In this document: positions 40,647 to 50,149 of the stretch, in pieces | How positions within the stretch are numbered: position 1 is the first letter of the stretch | How the letters are laid out: each line of letters starts with the position of its first letter | Source of the DNA: Candidatus Gottesmanbacteria bacterium | GTDB taxonomy: Bacteria > Patescibacteriota > Microgenomatia > UBA10105 > UBA927 | DNA: 64,000 nucleotides | Assembly (NCBI GenBank): GCA_963701185.1 | Contig: OY969569.1 | Coordinates: 181,735-245,734, forward strand | Direction: 5' to 3' | Position numbers and translations under genes: made by a program | The notes under the pieces: generated by a model | Told to the model about the DNA's origin: nothing | The model's input: only the letters and a program-made list of their open reading frames with translations | Databases searched by the model: none

Positions 40647-41151
40647 TGCGCGGCTCATGTTCGAAACGGGTGTAGGCCGGTATATCCGGAATCTTATCGT
40701 AGAACTGGGAAAGATCGACCGTACGAATTCCTACGTCGTCTTTTTGCGGAAAAATGCGTACGACGGGTTCCAACTGCCCAATGTCAGGTGGGAGAAACGG
40801 ATGGCGGATATCCGCTGGCATAGCATGACGGAACAGCTATTCATGCCCGCGATTTTTAACCGTGAGCGTCTTGATCTTCTGCATGTCCCGTATTTTAATG
40901 CCCCCCTTTTCTATTTCAGGAAATTTATCGTTACCATCCATGATCTGACCATATTGCATTTTGATACGGGAAAAGCAACGACATCACCATATGTGTTGTA
41001 TCAAATCCGCAGGCTGGGATATTACATTTCCCTGTTAAAAGCGATTTTCTGGAGTGAAAAAGTAATCGCCGTTTCCCAAACAACAAAAAAAGAAATTCTC
41101 GATCATTTCGATGTACCGGCCGACCATATTGAGGTTGTTTATGAAGGATAA
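40630..41151 (+). CDS. GT4 glycosyltransferase, N-terminal half
   Basis: MKIGIDAR..TGVGRY..VTIHDL..VSQTTK..VVYEG then stop. Confidence 0.75.
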   Translation: MKIGIDARLMFETGVGRYIRNLIVELGKIDRTNSYVVFLRKNAYDGFQLPNVRWEKRMADIRWHSMTEQLFMPAIFNRERLDLLHVPYFNAPLFYFRKFIVTIHDLTILHFDTGKATTSPYVLYQIRRLGYYISLLKAIFWSEKVIAVSQTTKKEILDHFDVPADHIEVVYEG

Positions 41152-41629
41152 ATATTTTCTTTACGTCGGGAACGCTTATCCCCATAAAAATCTTGAGACA
41201 CTGATACGTGCTGCGGCACAGGCCGGCGTCCGCGTGATATTCGTCGGGAAGAGCGATTTTTTCTACAAACGGCTAGGTATACAGCCGAAAACAGTCAGCG
41301 ATAAAGAGCTGTGGGATTTATATCGCCATGCGCAGGCATTCGTGTTTCCGTCACTCATGGAAGGATTCGGACTGCCGGCTCTCGAAGCGCTCGCCAATAA
41401 CTGCCCGGTGATCGTCAGCGATATCCCGATTTTTCATGAACTATTAAAATCTTCGGCAATCTATTTTAATCCGCACAGTGTAGAGAATCTTGCAAAGATT
41501 TTAAAACAAGCGGAAAAAATAAGACCAACAGTTAATTCGGATATTGTTAAGAAGTATTCCTGGCAGAAAATGGCAAAGGAGACGCTTCTCATCTATGAAC
41601 ATAGCACTCGTGTACGATCGGGCGAATAA
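41141..41629 (+). CDS. GT4 glycosyltransferase, C-terminal half
   Basis: MKDKYFLYVGNAYPHKN..PSLMEGFGLPALEA..YSWQKMA; own ATG overlaps the upstream ORF end. Confidence 0.75.
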   Translation: MKDKYFLYVGNAYPHKNLETLIRAAAQAGVRVIFVGKSDFFYKRLGIQPKTVSDKELWDLYRHAQAFVFPSLMEGFGLPALEALANNCPVIVSDIPIFHELLKSSAIYFNPHSVENLAKILKQAEKIRPTVNSDIVKKYSWQKMAKETLLIYEHSTRVRSGE

Positions 41630-42665
41630 ATGGGGCGGGGCGGAGAGGGTACTATTGGCTCTTCATGAGATTTGGCCGGAAGCCCCACTCTATACGGCAG
41701 TGTACGATCCCAAGCGCGCATCCTGGGCAAAGGTGTTCCGCGTCAAAGCGTCTTTTTTACAGCACGTGCCGCTGGCCCGTCGGCATCATGAATTTTTCCC
41801 CTGGCTGACCCCGATGGCATTTGAGACGTTTTCGTTTGATGAGTATGACGTGGTGCTGTCCGTAACCTCTGCAGAAGCAAAAGACATTATTACGAAACCG
41901 GGTACCGTCCACATCTGTTATTGCCTGACTCCCACACGGTACTTATGGAGCGGGCAAAAGGAATACGAGGGCGCGGGGTTTGCGGGCGACGTGTTACGTG
42001 TTTTTGCACCGACGTTACGGAAATGGGATGCTGTCGCGGCTGCACGGCCTGATTATTACCTCGCTATTTCAAAACGCGTTGGTGAAAGGATTAAGAAATA
42101 TTACGAAAGAAAAGTCGAGAAAGTTATTTATCCGCCCGTAGATACAAAAACATTTAGGCCGAAGGGCAATGGGAGTTATTTTCTTTGTGTCGCAAGACTC
42201 GTTCCGTATAAAAAAGTAGATATCCTTATCAATGCTTTTAACGAATTAGGATGGGAATTAAAAATAGTCGGCTCGGGAAGTCAGAAAAACTATCTGAAAA
42301 GAATTGCAAAAAATAATATAGAATTTGCCGGTGGCGATTTGACAGATAAGGAGCTTACTGCCTATTATCAAAAGGCCCGTGCTTTTGTTTTTACCGGCGA
42401 CGAAGATTTCGGTATCGTATCGCTTGAGGCGCAGGCATGCGGAAAACCGATCATATGTCCCCGCAAGTCCGGAATGGCAGAAACAGTCATTGAAGGCGAG
42501 ACAGGGGAATTATTTGATACGGATGTGATAGGTACGTTGCAAATGTTTGCTAAAAAAAGGTATGATAGCGGCCTGTGCAGATCAAATGCAGAAAAATTTT
42601 CTATTACCCGTTTTCAGAAAGAAATGAAAGTGACGGTTGAACGATTAGCAAAACAAACTCTATGA
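41595..42665 (+). CDS. GT4 glycosyltransferase (WbaZ-like)
   Basis: GGAERVL, YCLTPTRYLW, IYPPVD, RLVPYK, EDFGIV.LEAQACG. Confidence 0.88.
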   Translation: MNIALVYDRANKWGGAERVLLALHEIWPEAPLYTAVYDPKRASWAKVFRVKASFLQHVPLARRHHEFFPWLTPMAFETFSFDEYDVVLSVTSAEAKDIITKPGTVHICYCLTPTRYLWSGQKEYEGAGFAGDVLRVFAPTLRKWDAVAAARPDYYLAISKRVGERIKKYYERKVEKVIYPPVDTKTFRPKGNGSYFLCVARLVPYKKVDILINAFNELGWELKIVGSGSQKNYLKRIAKNNIEFAGGDLTDKELTAYYQKARAFVFTGDEDFGIVSLEAQACGKPIICPRKSGMAETVIEGETGELFDTDVIGTLQMFAKKRYDSGLCRSNAEKFSITRFQKEMKVTVERLAKQTL

Positions 42666-43744
42666 AAGCAGTCATATTTGCAGGCGGAGTAGGGACCAGG
42701 CTCTGGCCCCTTTCCCGGAAAAAATCTCCGAAGCAATTTGAAAAAATTATCGGCAATCAATCAACGCTGCAACTTGCGGCTAATAGGTTGCAACCGGATT
42801 TTAGTTGGAATAATATCTATGTTTCAACCGGGAAACCATATGTGGAAATCGTTCAGAAACAATTGGGGAAGTTGCCGCCCGATCACGTGATCGGCGAGCC
42901 CGAGATGCGGGATGTCGGGCCGGCGGTCGGCCTCATTACGTCTTTACTCGTCCGGGATTTTCCGTTGGAACCCATGGTGATCGTTTGGAGCGATCATTTG
43001 GTAAAAAAAGAAGCATTGTTCAGAAAAATTCTTTTGTCCGCCGGCAGTGTTGTTGCAAAAGATCCCGACCGGATTGTGTTTATTGCCCAGAAACCGCGAT
43101 TCGCAAGTGAAAATTTAGGATGGATAGAATTCGGCAAAGAAATGCAGACGGCAAAAGGGATCCCCGTCTATTCTTTCGTTGATTTTCAATACAGGCCGGA
43201 TGCCGCCACCGCAAAACGGTATTTTGAAAGCGGCAGTCACGCGTGGAATCTCGGGTATTTTGTTACCACGCCGCAATTTTTATGGTCGCAATATAAGAAA
43301 TTTGCCCCAAACATCTATACGGGGCTTTCCCGTATTGCGGACAGTTGGCATACCGGCAGATATGAGGAAACGCTCTCCGCCGTGTATCCGACGCTCGAAA
43401 AAATCAGTTTCGATAACTTGATATTGGAAAAATTAAATCCATCCAATGCATATGTCATTTCCGAAGATATTGAATGGAGTGATATCGGCGCATGGGAAGC
43501 CCTCAAAGAAGCCCTTGAGGATGCCGCGGATAAAAACGTAACGGAGGGAAAGGTACTCCTCACCGATACCGAAGATTCTTTGGTCTATAATTACACAGGG
43601 TCGCTTGTGGCAACGATAGATGTCAACGACGCGCTGATTGTCGCAACGAATGATGTTATACTTGTGTGCAGCAAATCTTCGGTGCCGAAGATAAAGAAAC
43701 TTGTCGAGAGCTTGAAGGGTACCCAAAACGAGCATCTTACCTGA
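42662..43744 (+). CDS. manC: Mannose-1-phosphate guanylyltransferase
   Basis: AGGVGTRLWPLSR..PKQF, EP..RD.GPA, SDH, ISFD..ILEK, WSDIGAW. Confidence 0.85.
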   Translation: MKAVIFAGGVGTRLWPLSRKKSPKQFEKIIGNQSTLQLAANRLQPDFSWNNIYVSTGKPYVEIVQKQLGKLPPDHVIGEPEMRDVGPAVGLITSLLVRDFPLEPMVIVWSDHLVKKEALFRKILLSAGSVVAKDPDRIVFIAQKPRFASENLGWIEFGKEMQTAKGIPVYSFVDFQYRPDAATAKRYFESGSHAWNLGYFVTTPQFLWSQYKKFAPNIYTGLSRIADSWHTGRYEETLSAVYPTLEKISFDNLILEKLNPSNAYVISEDIEWSDIGAWEALKEALEDAADKNVTEGKVLLTDTEDSLVYNYTGSLVATIDVNDALIVATNDVILVCSKSSVPKIKKLVESLKGTQNEHLT

Positions 43745-43758
43745 CCGTCTTAGTTCGT

Positions 43759-44397
43759 ATGATATACACATTTAGCAAACGGTGCATCGATGTTGTCGGA
43801 AGCCTATTTCTTTGTATATTGTTTTTACCCGTTTGTATCATCACGGCTATTGCAATTGTTCTGGATAGCCCCGGGCCGGTATTTGCCGATACACCCCAGC
43901 GGGTCGGCAAAAACGGGAAGCTTTTTAAACTCTATAAATTCCGTTCAATGGTGATCAACGCTCATGAAAAATTGCGCAATGACCCCAAGCTGGCAAAACT
44001 CTACAGCGAATATAAGCGGAATAGTTATAAACTGCTGGATGACCCTCGTGTAACGAGAGTCGGCCGCTTTATCAGGAAACACTCATTGGATGAGATACCT
44101 CAACTATTAAATGTTATCCGCGGTGATATGAGTTTGGTCGGTCCCCGGCCGTATTACCCCGACGAACTGGTTGAACAACAAAGGAAATACCCCCATACGA
44201 AAGATCTGGTGAGAATCGTGCTTTCGGCAAAGCCCGGCATCACCGGGCATTGGCAGGTATCGGGGCGAAGTGAGGTAAATTTTGATAAGCGCATCAAAAT
44301 GGACGCGGATTATGTGAAGAAACGGTCGCTTGTCATGGATATTGCGATCCTTCTTCGCAGTCCCTGGGCTATGATTTCCGGTAAAGGGGCTGTATAA
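43759..44397 (+). CDS. Priming polyprenyl-phosphate sugar-1-phosphate transferase (Bac_transf)
   Basis: KR.ID, KFRSM, DPRVTRVG.FIRK.SLDE.PQ, GDMSLVGPRP, KPGITG.WQVSGRS. Confidence 0.9.
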   Translation: MIYTFSKRCIDVVGSLFLCILFLPVCIITAIAIVLDSPGPVFADTPQRVGKNGKLFKLYKFRSMVINAHEKLRNDPKLAKLYSEYKRNSYKLLDDPRVTRVGRFIRKHSLDEIPQLLNVIRGDMSLVGPRPYYPDELVEQQRKYPHTKDLVRIVLSAKPGITGHWQVSGRSEVNFDKRIKMDADYVKKRSLVMDIAILLRSPWAMISGKGAV

Positions 44398-44404
44398 TAT
44401 TTTT

Positions 44405-46378
44405 ATGCCCGAGGAATTGAAAAAAATTGAACTGCAAACAACACCGGCAACGCCGCCTGTGAAGCCGAAAAAGAAATTTCCATGGAAAGTTATCGGGATC
44501 CCGTTGGGAATTATATTACTTATCCTGGTCGTACTGGGTATTATGCTTTTGCCCCTCCGGGGTGTGATCGCTAAGGCGCCGGCGGTGATCGCAGCAGCAA
44601 GGGAAACGGGTGCCGCGATTAAAAAGCAGGATCTTGTTAAAACAAAAGAAGGGCTTACGGAGACCCGGACAACGCTCACGGCACTGCGCAATGAATATAA
44701 CAAAGTGCTTGTGCTGAAAGTCGTGCCTGTACTCGGCGCGTATATTTCCGACGGCGACCATGCCATCAAAGCGGGGTTTGCAGGGCTTGATGCGGGAGAC
44801 GCGGCTGTTGCGGCCCTGGAACCGAATGCGGATTTATTAGGGCTTAAGGGAAAGGGAAACTTCGTTTCCGGAACTGCAGATGACCGGATCCAGACGGCTG
44901 TCAAAACCATGAACGCGTTGGTTCCCAAAATCAATGCCATGGCGGCGTCCGTTGATACGCTCCGAAAAGAAATTGATTATATCAACCCCGATCGCTATCC
45001 GGATCACATCGGGAAAACATCCATCCGTCCGCAGCTGGTGGGAGCCAAAGAAGTCATAGAAAACGCCGCAAACTTATTTGTGAACGCACAGCCTCTTCTC
45101 ACCAATTTGCCGAACATCCTCGGGTATCCTACGGAAAAGCGGTATCTGGTTATTTTCCAGAACGATAAGGAATTGCGGCCCACAGGCGGCTTCATGACCG
45201 CCTACGCACAATTCCGGTTTGTCGGAGGGAAAGCAATTTTGGAGAAATCCGATGATATCTATGCCCTGGATGCCGCGCTCACGAAAAAATATCCGGCTCC
45301 TCCTGAAATTCTTACGTACTTGCCCGGTGTATACAACTTAAACATTCGGGATTCAAATCTGTCGCCGGATTTTAAACTTTCCATGCAGCAATTTCGATCA
45401 ATGTATGACAATACATCAGGGACTGAACACAAGATAGACGGCATAGTAACTATGGATACGCATGTACTTGTGGAAACCCTCAAAATATTGGGACCGATTA
45501 CCGCCTCCGGCCGGGTATTCAGCGCTGAAATTGATAAGCGCTGCAACTGTGCGGGGGCGATTTATGAGCTTGAGGACTATTCGTCACGGCCCGTCAATTA
45601 CGTTCGTACAGACCGGAAAGGCGAGATCGGAGAACTCATGCGCGCAATGCTGCAGATGGCCCTGGGTGTGTCCCCGTCTAAGTATTGGGGGAATCTATTC
45701 CAAATGCTGTTAACTGAAATTTCCGACAAACACGTTCAGGCGTACTTTACGGACGGAGCGATACAAAAAGCCGCCGAGAGCTTTAATATGGCGGGCCGTA
45801 TCATGACGGCGTCCGAGAGCGCGGCGATTCTTAAATATCAGGAGGGGAAAGGGTGGGATTATCTTCATATTAACGAGTCCAACATGGGCGGCGCGAAAGC
45901 CAATATGTTTGTATCGGAGAAAATTACGAAAGATACGGTTGTTAATGCGGACGGAACGATGACGACCAAGCTGACGATCGATTATAAAAATCCGTATAAG
46001 GGAAGCGATTGCGGTCTGGAGTCCGGCGGATTGTGCCTGAATGCGCCGCTGCGGAACTGGATCCGGGTGTATGTTCCGGCCGGAAGTACGCTCAAGGAAA
46101 GCAAAGGAACGCAATCGCCTAAAGACGGTAAAGCTTCACCGATGACCACGTCCGCCAGCCTGGGGAAAACCGTTTTTGAGGGGTTTGTCGTCGTTAATCC
46201 TCTGGGAGTGGCCCAGCTTACTTTGACCTATACCTCGCCCGTGAAGGAAACTGACGGGAAATACCGTCTTCTTATTCAGAGGCAGTCGGGTTCCAGCGAC
46301 CAGAATGTTATTTTGAAACTGAACGGCCGTGAGAAAGTGAATACGACGCTTCTGTCCGATACGGAATTTACCCTCTAA
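44405..46378 (+). CDS. DUF4012-domain membrane-anchored protein
   Basis: N-terminal TM, helical region, YLVIFQN..ELRPTGGF, RDSN.SPDF, N.GG.KAN, RVYVP.GS. Confidence 0.75.
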   Translation: MPEELKKIELQTTPATPPVKPKKKFPWKVIGIPLGIILLILVVLGIMLLPLRGVIAKAPAVIAAARETGAAIKKQDLVKTKEGLTETRTTLTALRNEYNKVLVLKVVPVLGAYISDGDHAIKAGFAGLDAGDAAVAALEPNADLLGLKGKGNFVSGTADDRIQTAVKTMNALVPKINAMAASVDTLRKEIDYINPDRYPDHIGKTSIRPQLVGAKEVIENAANLFVNAQPLLTNLPNILGYPTEKRYLVIFQNDKELRPTGGFMTAYAQFRFVGGKAILEKSDDIYALDAALTKKYPAPPEILTYLPGVYNLNIRDSNLSPDFKLSMQQFRSMYDNTSGTEHKIDGIVTMDTHVLVETLKILGPITASGRVFSAEIDKRCNCAGAIYELEDYSSRPVNYVRTDRKGEIGELMRAMLQMALGVSPSKYWGNLFQMLLTEISDKHVQAYFTDGAIQKAAESFNMAGRIMTASESAAILKYQEGKGWDYLHINESNMGGAKANMFVSEKITKDTVVNADGTMTTKLTIDYKNPYKGSDCGLESGGLCLNAPLRNWIRVYVPAGSTLKESKGTQSPKDGKASPMTTSASLGKTVFEGFVVVNPLGVAQLTLTYTSPVKETDGKYRLLIQRQSGSSDQNVILKLNGREKVNTTLLSDTEFTL

Positions 46379-46381
46379 CGC

Positions 46382-46933
46382 ATGCGCCTCTATACCGCAG
46401 AAGGTATTATTCTCAAACGTAATAATGTCGGAGAAACAGATCGGATCCTCACGATATTTACCAAAATGTACGGCAAGGTCCATGTGGTGGCCCGCGGTGT
46501 CCGCAAGGTGTCGAGTAAACGCGCGCCGCACATAGAAGTGTTCAACCGAGCGGTTATAACGCTTCACAAAGGTAAGGGGATGGATACGCTGACGGAAGTG
46601 TCGCCAGTCGCTTCATACGATGCAATCCGGAATGATTTGAGGAGGGTGGGTGCCGCGTATTATCTTTGTGAACTTATTGATGGCCTTCTTCCGGAAGCGC
46701 AGGCTCACGAAGACGTATTTGCCCTCCTGTGTGATGCATTTGCCGCGCTCTCAACTGTGAAAAAAGATCGTGTTGATGTTCTTCGTGAGCGCTTTGCAGC
46801 GGCACTCCTTCGCGCGCTCGGGTTTCTGGAACGGGGGAAGAAGCCCCCGACGGGATCTTTGGATTCCTATGTTGAACAGCTCCTGGAGCGCCATCTCAAA
46901 ACCGTGCGGCTGGCTTCACACTTCAACATTTGA
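46382..46933 (+). CDS. recO: DNA repair protein RecO
   Basis: EGIILK..GETDRILTIFT..GKV..VARGVRK..SKR; sits next to the GlyRS gene. Confidence 0.88.
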   Translation: MRLYTAEGIILKRNNVGETDRILTIFTKMYGKVHVVARGVRKVSSKRAPHIEVFNRAVITLHKGKGMDTLTEVSPVASYDAIRNDLRRVGAAYYLCELIDGLLPEAQAHEDVFALLCDAFAALSTVKKDRVDVLRERFAAALLRALGFLERGKKPPTGSLDSYVEQLLERHLKTVRLASHFNI

Positions 46934-46945
46934 TACAATTTACTC

Positions 46946-48217
46946 ATGACCGATCTTGATAAAATAGTAGCATTGGCAAAACGCCGCGGATTTATTTATC
47001 CGGGCAGCGAGATTTACGGCGGCATTGCGGGATTTTGGGATTACGGGCCCCTTGGAGTAGAACTCAAAAAAAATATTAAAAATGAATGGTGGAAATCGAT
47101 GGTTCAGATGCGTGATGACGTTGTAGGTCTGGATGCCGCGATCATTATGAATCCTGCCGTCTGGGAAGCCTCAGGGCATACGAAAGCATTTGCAGATCCG
47201 CTGGTGGAATGTAAAATCTGCCATAAACGGTTCCGGGCGGACAAAGAAGAACTCCTCCGCGAGCACGAAAAAACACATAAGGAAAAGGTGAGCTGGACGG
47301 AGCCGAAGCAATTTAATTTACTGACGGAGGTGTATCTCGGGGTTACCGAGCCCAAAGAAAAAGTGTATCTGCGCGGGGAAATCACCCAGGGCGTGTTTGT
47401 AAACTTTAGGAATGTTGTTGACTCCACCCGGATTAAGATTCCGTTCGGTATTGCCCAGATCGGGAAGGCATTCAGAAATGAAATCACGCCGGGAAATTTT
47501 ACATTCCGGTCGCGGGAATTTGAACAGATGGAATTGGAATTTTTTGTAAAACCGGGGGACGACAAATGGTTTGAATACTGGAAAGAAGCGCGCATAAAAT
47601 GGTACCAATCTCTTGGTATGGAGGCCGCGCATCTGCGCTTGCGCGATCACCGGGATGATGAACGGGCCCATTATGCCCGAAAAGCTACGGATATAGAATA
47701 TAATGCGCCGTTCGGATGGAGTGAATTTGAAGGAATTCATCATAGGGGTGATTTTGATTTGGGGAATCACAAGCTGAAGTATCGCGATGATATAGCAGGA
47801 GAGGAATATACGCCGTGGGTGATTGAAACATCCGGGGGCGTCGACCGCGCCGCGCTCTTTTTCTTACTTGAAGCATACGTTCAGGAAGAAAAACGGATAG
47901 TCCTAAAGCTTGATCCGAGACTTGCACCGAAAAAAGTCGCCGTATTCCCGCTGGTCGCCAACAAAGAGAATATTTCAGCAAAAGCTAAGGAAGTGTATGC
48001 AATACTTAAAAACAAATATATGACCGCCTGGGATGCCCGGGGCAACATCGGAAAGCGGTATCTTGCACAGGATGAGGCCGGTACGCCGATGTGCGTGACC
48101 ATTGACTACACGACGCTTGAAGATGATACCGTGACGGTCCGGGATCGTGATACAATGAAACAAGATAGAGTAAACATATCAAAGTTGATAGAATTTATTG
48201 ACGGGAGATTAGCATGA
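46946..48217 (+). CDS. glyQS: Glycine--tRNA ligase (alpha2 type)
   Basis: KRRGF..GSEIYGG, DYGPLG, PFGIAQIGKAFRNEITP, FRSREFEQME, IGKRY..QDE.GTP. Confidence 0.93.
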   Translation: MTDLDKIVALAKRRGFIYPGSEIYGGIAGFWDYGPLGVELKKNIKNEWWKSMVQMRDDVVGLDAAIIMNPAVWEASGHTKAFADPLVECKICHKRFRADKEELLREHEKTHKEKVSWTEPKQFNLLTEVYLGVTEPKEKVYLRGEITQGVFVNFRNVVDSTRIKIPFGIAQIGKAFRNEITPGNFTFRSREFEQMELEFFVKPGDDKWFEYWKEARIKWYQSLGMEAAHLRLRDHRDDERAHYARKATDIEYNAPFGWSEFEGIHHRGDFDLGNHKLKYRDDIAGEEYTPWVIETSGGVDRAALFFLLEAYVQEEKRIVLKLDPRLAPKKVAVFPLVANKENISAKAKEVYAILKNKYMTAWDARGNIGKRYLAQDEAGTPMCVTIDYTTLEDDTVTVRDRDTMKQDRVNISKLIEFIDGRLA

Positions 48218-48672
48218 ACAAAAAAACAGGTATTATTATCGGTGTTTTAGTACTTCTTTTGCTTGTTACGGGGTTTGTAGTTTACAAAGCGGTGTTTTCC
48301 GCAAAACCGGCAGAAGTGACGCAGGATTTGACGCCGGCGGTGGTTGCTCCCGTTGATGCGTCTATCAGTGTAGATCTTACCAAAAGTACGTCAGCGGCCA
48401 ACACAGTAATCGTTTCCGTCAAAGGGATGGGCGGCAAAATGACCAGTGTTGCCTACGAGCTGATGTATGAAAGCAAAGGAGTGACACAGGGAGTTACCGG
48501 AAAGAGCGTTGATGTGTCGGGAAAAGATACATTTGAACGGGATCTGTATCTGGGAACGTGTTCACGCAACGTCTGTACGCCGCATTTGGGTGTTACGAAA
48601 GTGAATCTGGTTCTCGTCTTTACCGACACGTCCGGCAAACAGAGCCAGTTCTCCAAAGATTACACGCTTTAG
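48214..48672 (+). CDS. Hypothetical membrane-anchored protein
   Basis: N-terminal TM, YELMY..QG..G, LGTCSRNVC; ATGA overlap with glyQS. Confidence 0.75.
   Translation: MNKKTGIIIGVLVLLLLVTGFVVYKAVFSAKPAEVTQDLTPAVVAPVDASISVDLTKSTSAANTVIVSVKGMGGKMTSVAYELMYESKGVTQGVTGKSVDVSGKDTFERDLYLGTCSRNVCTPHLGVTKVNLVLVFTDTSGKQSQFSKDYTL
48635..48668 (+). repeat. 34-bp direct repeat, left copy
   Basis: GCAAACAGAGCCAGTTCTCCAAAGATTACACGCT, identical to 50116-50149. Confidence 0.95.
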
Positions 48673-49286
48673 TCGCCGTGTATCGGTAGATAGTTGATGA
48701 TGTGCAATGTGGGTTCTCCTCGGGATATTTCTATTATTGTTAAAGATGCGTTTTTCATTCTCAACCCCTCAAGTTGCTCAGGTGAAGTATTCAAAAAAGC
48801 CCCCACAAGTATCCGAAGCGCCACGCCGTGAGAGACGAGAAGAATGGATTTGCCTGTATACTTTTTCAGTATTTTTTTCGTAAACTCACTCACCCGTTTT
48901 TTGATATCATTGACACTTTCTCCTCCCGGCGGGTGATAGTCAGGATAGTTCCATGTCTCACTAAATATGAGCGCCGGATGAAATTTGTTAACCTCTTCAT
49001 ATGTTTTACCTTCCAGTTCGCCAAATTGGCGCTCTCTAAGAGCATTATCTTTGATAATCGGTGCATTGTGATGACTATTAATGATCATCGCTGTTTCGTA
49101 GGCGCGTGAAAGCGGAGATGCGTAAATAATATCCAAATTAATCTTTTTAAGATGTGATGCAATCTCTTTAGCTTGCTGTTTACCTTTAGAATTAAGCGGA
49201 ATGTCCGTATGTCCCTGCATGCGGCTCCCTATATTCCAATCCGTTTCCCCATGCCGGACGATATAGATCATGGTTTTTTTGTTCAT
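48669..49286 (-). CDS. Histidine phosphatase (phosphoglycerate mutase family)
   Basis: RHGETDWN..QG..DIPL, SPLSRA.ETA, LRER.FG..EG, GGES, VSHG; start at M32 of the ORF. Confidence 0.9.
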   Translation of the reverse strand: MNKKTMIYIVRHGETDWNIGSRMQGHTDIPLNSKGKQQAKEIASHLKKINLDIIYASPLSRAYETAMIINSHHNAPIIKDNALRERQFGELEGKTYEEVNKFHPALIFSETWNYPDYHPPGGESVNDIKKRVSEFTKKILKKYTGKSILLVSHGVALRILVGAFLNTSPEQLEGLRMKNASLTIIEISRGEPTLHIINYLPIHGD

Positions 49287-49322
49287 ACGATTATTATAAC
49301 GAATACACCTAGGCTTATACAT

Positions 49323-49362
49323 AGTAGTTATTAAAAAAGCTATAGCATTAATAATAACTACT
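49323..49362. repeat. 40-bp dyad site, copy 1
   Basis: AGTAGTTATTAAAAAAGCTATAGCATTAATAATAACTACT; 11-bp inverted arms around a centred GCTATAGC. Confidence 0.9.
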
Positions 49363-49377
49363 TTATATACTAAGTAC

Positions 49378-50084
49378 ATGAGGAGCCGGAAGTTTGGGAG
49401 AACAGCGCTCGCGCTTAGTGAGGGTATTTTTTCACATACGGTGGATTTCGGTTTGTGGGTATCAACGTATATTGCTCACTTGAGTATTCCTCAGCCGGTA
49501 TCCGGACAAAATTGGCGGGCAGTCGTTGCGGCGGACAAATTTTTACGTGACGTTAATTATGAAGTGATCAAAAATGCGATTCAGACCGCGCGCAAACGCG
49601 GGTGGGTAAGGGTTCGAAGAAACGCGTGTGGGAGGGACGAATGCATATCGTGACGTATGACATACCGGAAGCATATAAACACGACAGGGAGCTTTTGCGT
49701 GGATATTTACGGACCATTCGGTGCGGGAGGCTTCAGGATTCCGTGTGGGTGACGCCGTATAACCCTATTGATTTGGTCCGTTCGTTTGTAGAGTTGCATA
49801 ATATTCGAGGCACCATTATTGTGTCGGATATGGGTCGCGATGGGTCAATTGGCGAAGAAAATTTAAAAGGTTTGGTGGTACGCGTCTATAGACTTGAATT
49901 GCTGAATGAACGGTATAATGTATGGTTAGATACAAAGGGTTCACTTTTGGGGTTTCTCGCCATTTTGAAAGATGATCCACAACTGCCGTTTGCCTTATTG
50001 CCGGGATGGTGGAAAGGGGATACCGCCTATAAACTTGTCAAAGAGAAATTGGATAAAGTAGTTATAAAAAAAGCTATAGCATAA
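49378..50084 (+). pseudogene. PaaX-family (wHTH + Cas2-like + C-terminal) protein, split by a frameshift or deletion near 49620
   Basis: ORF 49378-49653 (..IKNAIQTARKRGWV) plus ORF to 50084 (WEGRMHIVTYDIPE..R..LR..L..CGRLQDSVWVTPY..L.DDPQLP..LLP.WW.G). Confidence 0.7.
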
Positions 50085-50096
50085 TTTATAACTACT
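50057..50096. repeat. 40-bp dyad site, copy 2
   Basis: AGTAGTTATAAAAAAAGCTATAGCATAATTTATAACTACT; 36/40 identical to copy 1; overlaps the PaaX-like stop codon. Confidence 0.9.
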
Positions 50097-50115
50097 TCCG
50101 ATAATCTTTATTTCA

Positions 50116-50149
50116 GCAAACAGAGCCAGTTCTCCAAAGATTACACGCT
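50116..50149 (+). repeat. 34-bp direct repeat, right copy
   Basis: Identical to 48635-48668; followed by G-TAA, so it again reads ..KDYTL-stop. Confidence 0.95.

Larger units (their letters stand above)
48669..50115. mobile_element. Putative ~1.45-kb island (histidine phosphatase + PaaX-like gene) bounded by 34-bp direct repeats
   Basis: Lies between duplicated copies of a gene 3' end; no integrase or transposase inside. Confidence 0.5.

Noticed and set aside
44107-44940. 277-aa minus-strand ORF
   Set aside because: Antisense shadow of the sugar transferase and DUF4012 genes, with no recognisable motifs.
49323-50096. CRISPR array (palindromic ~40-bp repeats plus a Cas2-like domain)
   Set aside because: Only two repeats, separated by a whole gene rather than 30-40-bp spacers; no cas1 or effector genes.
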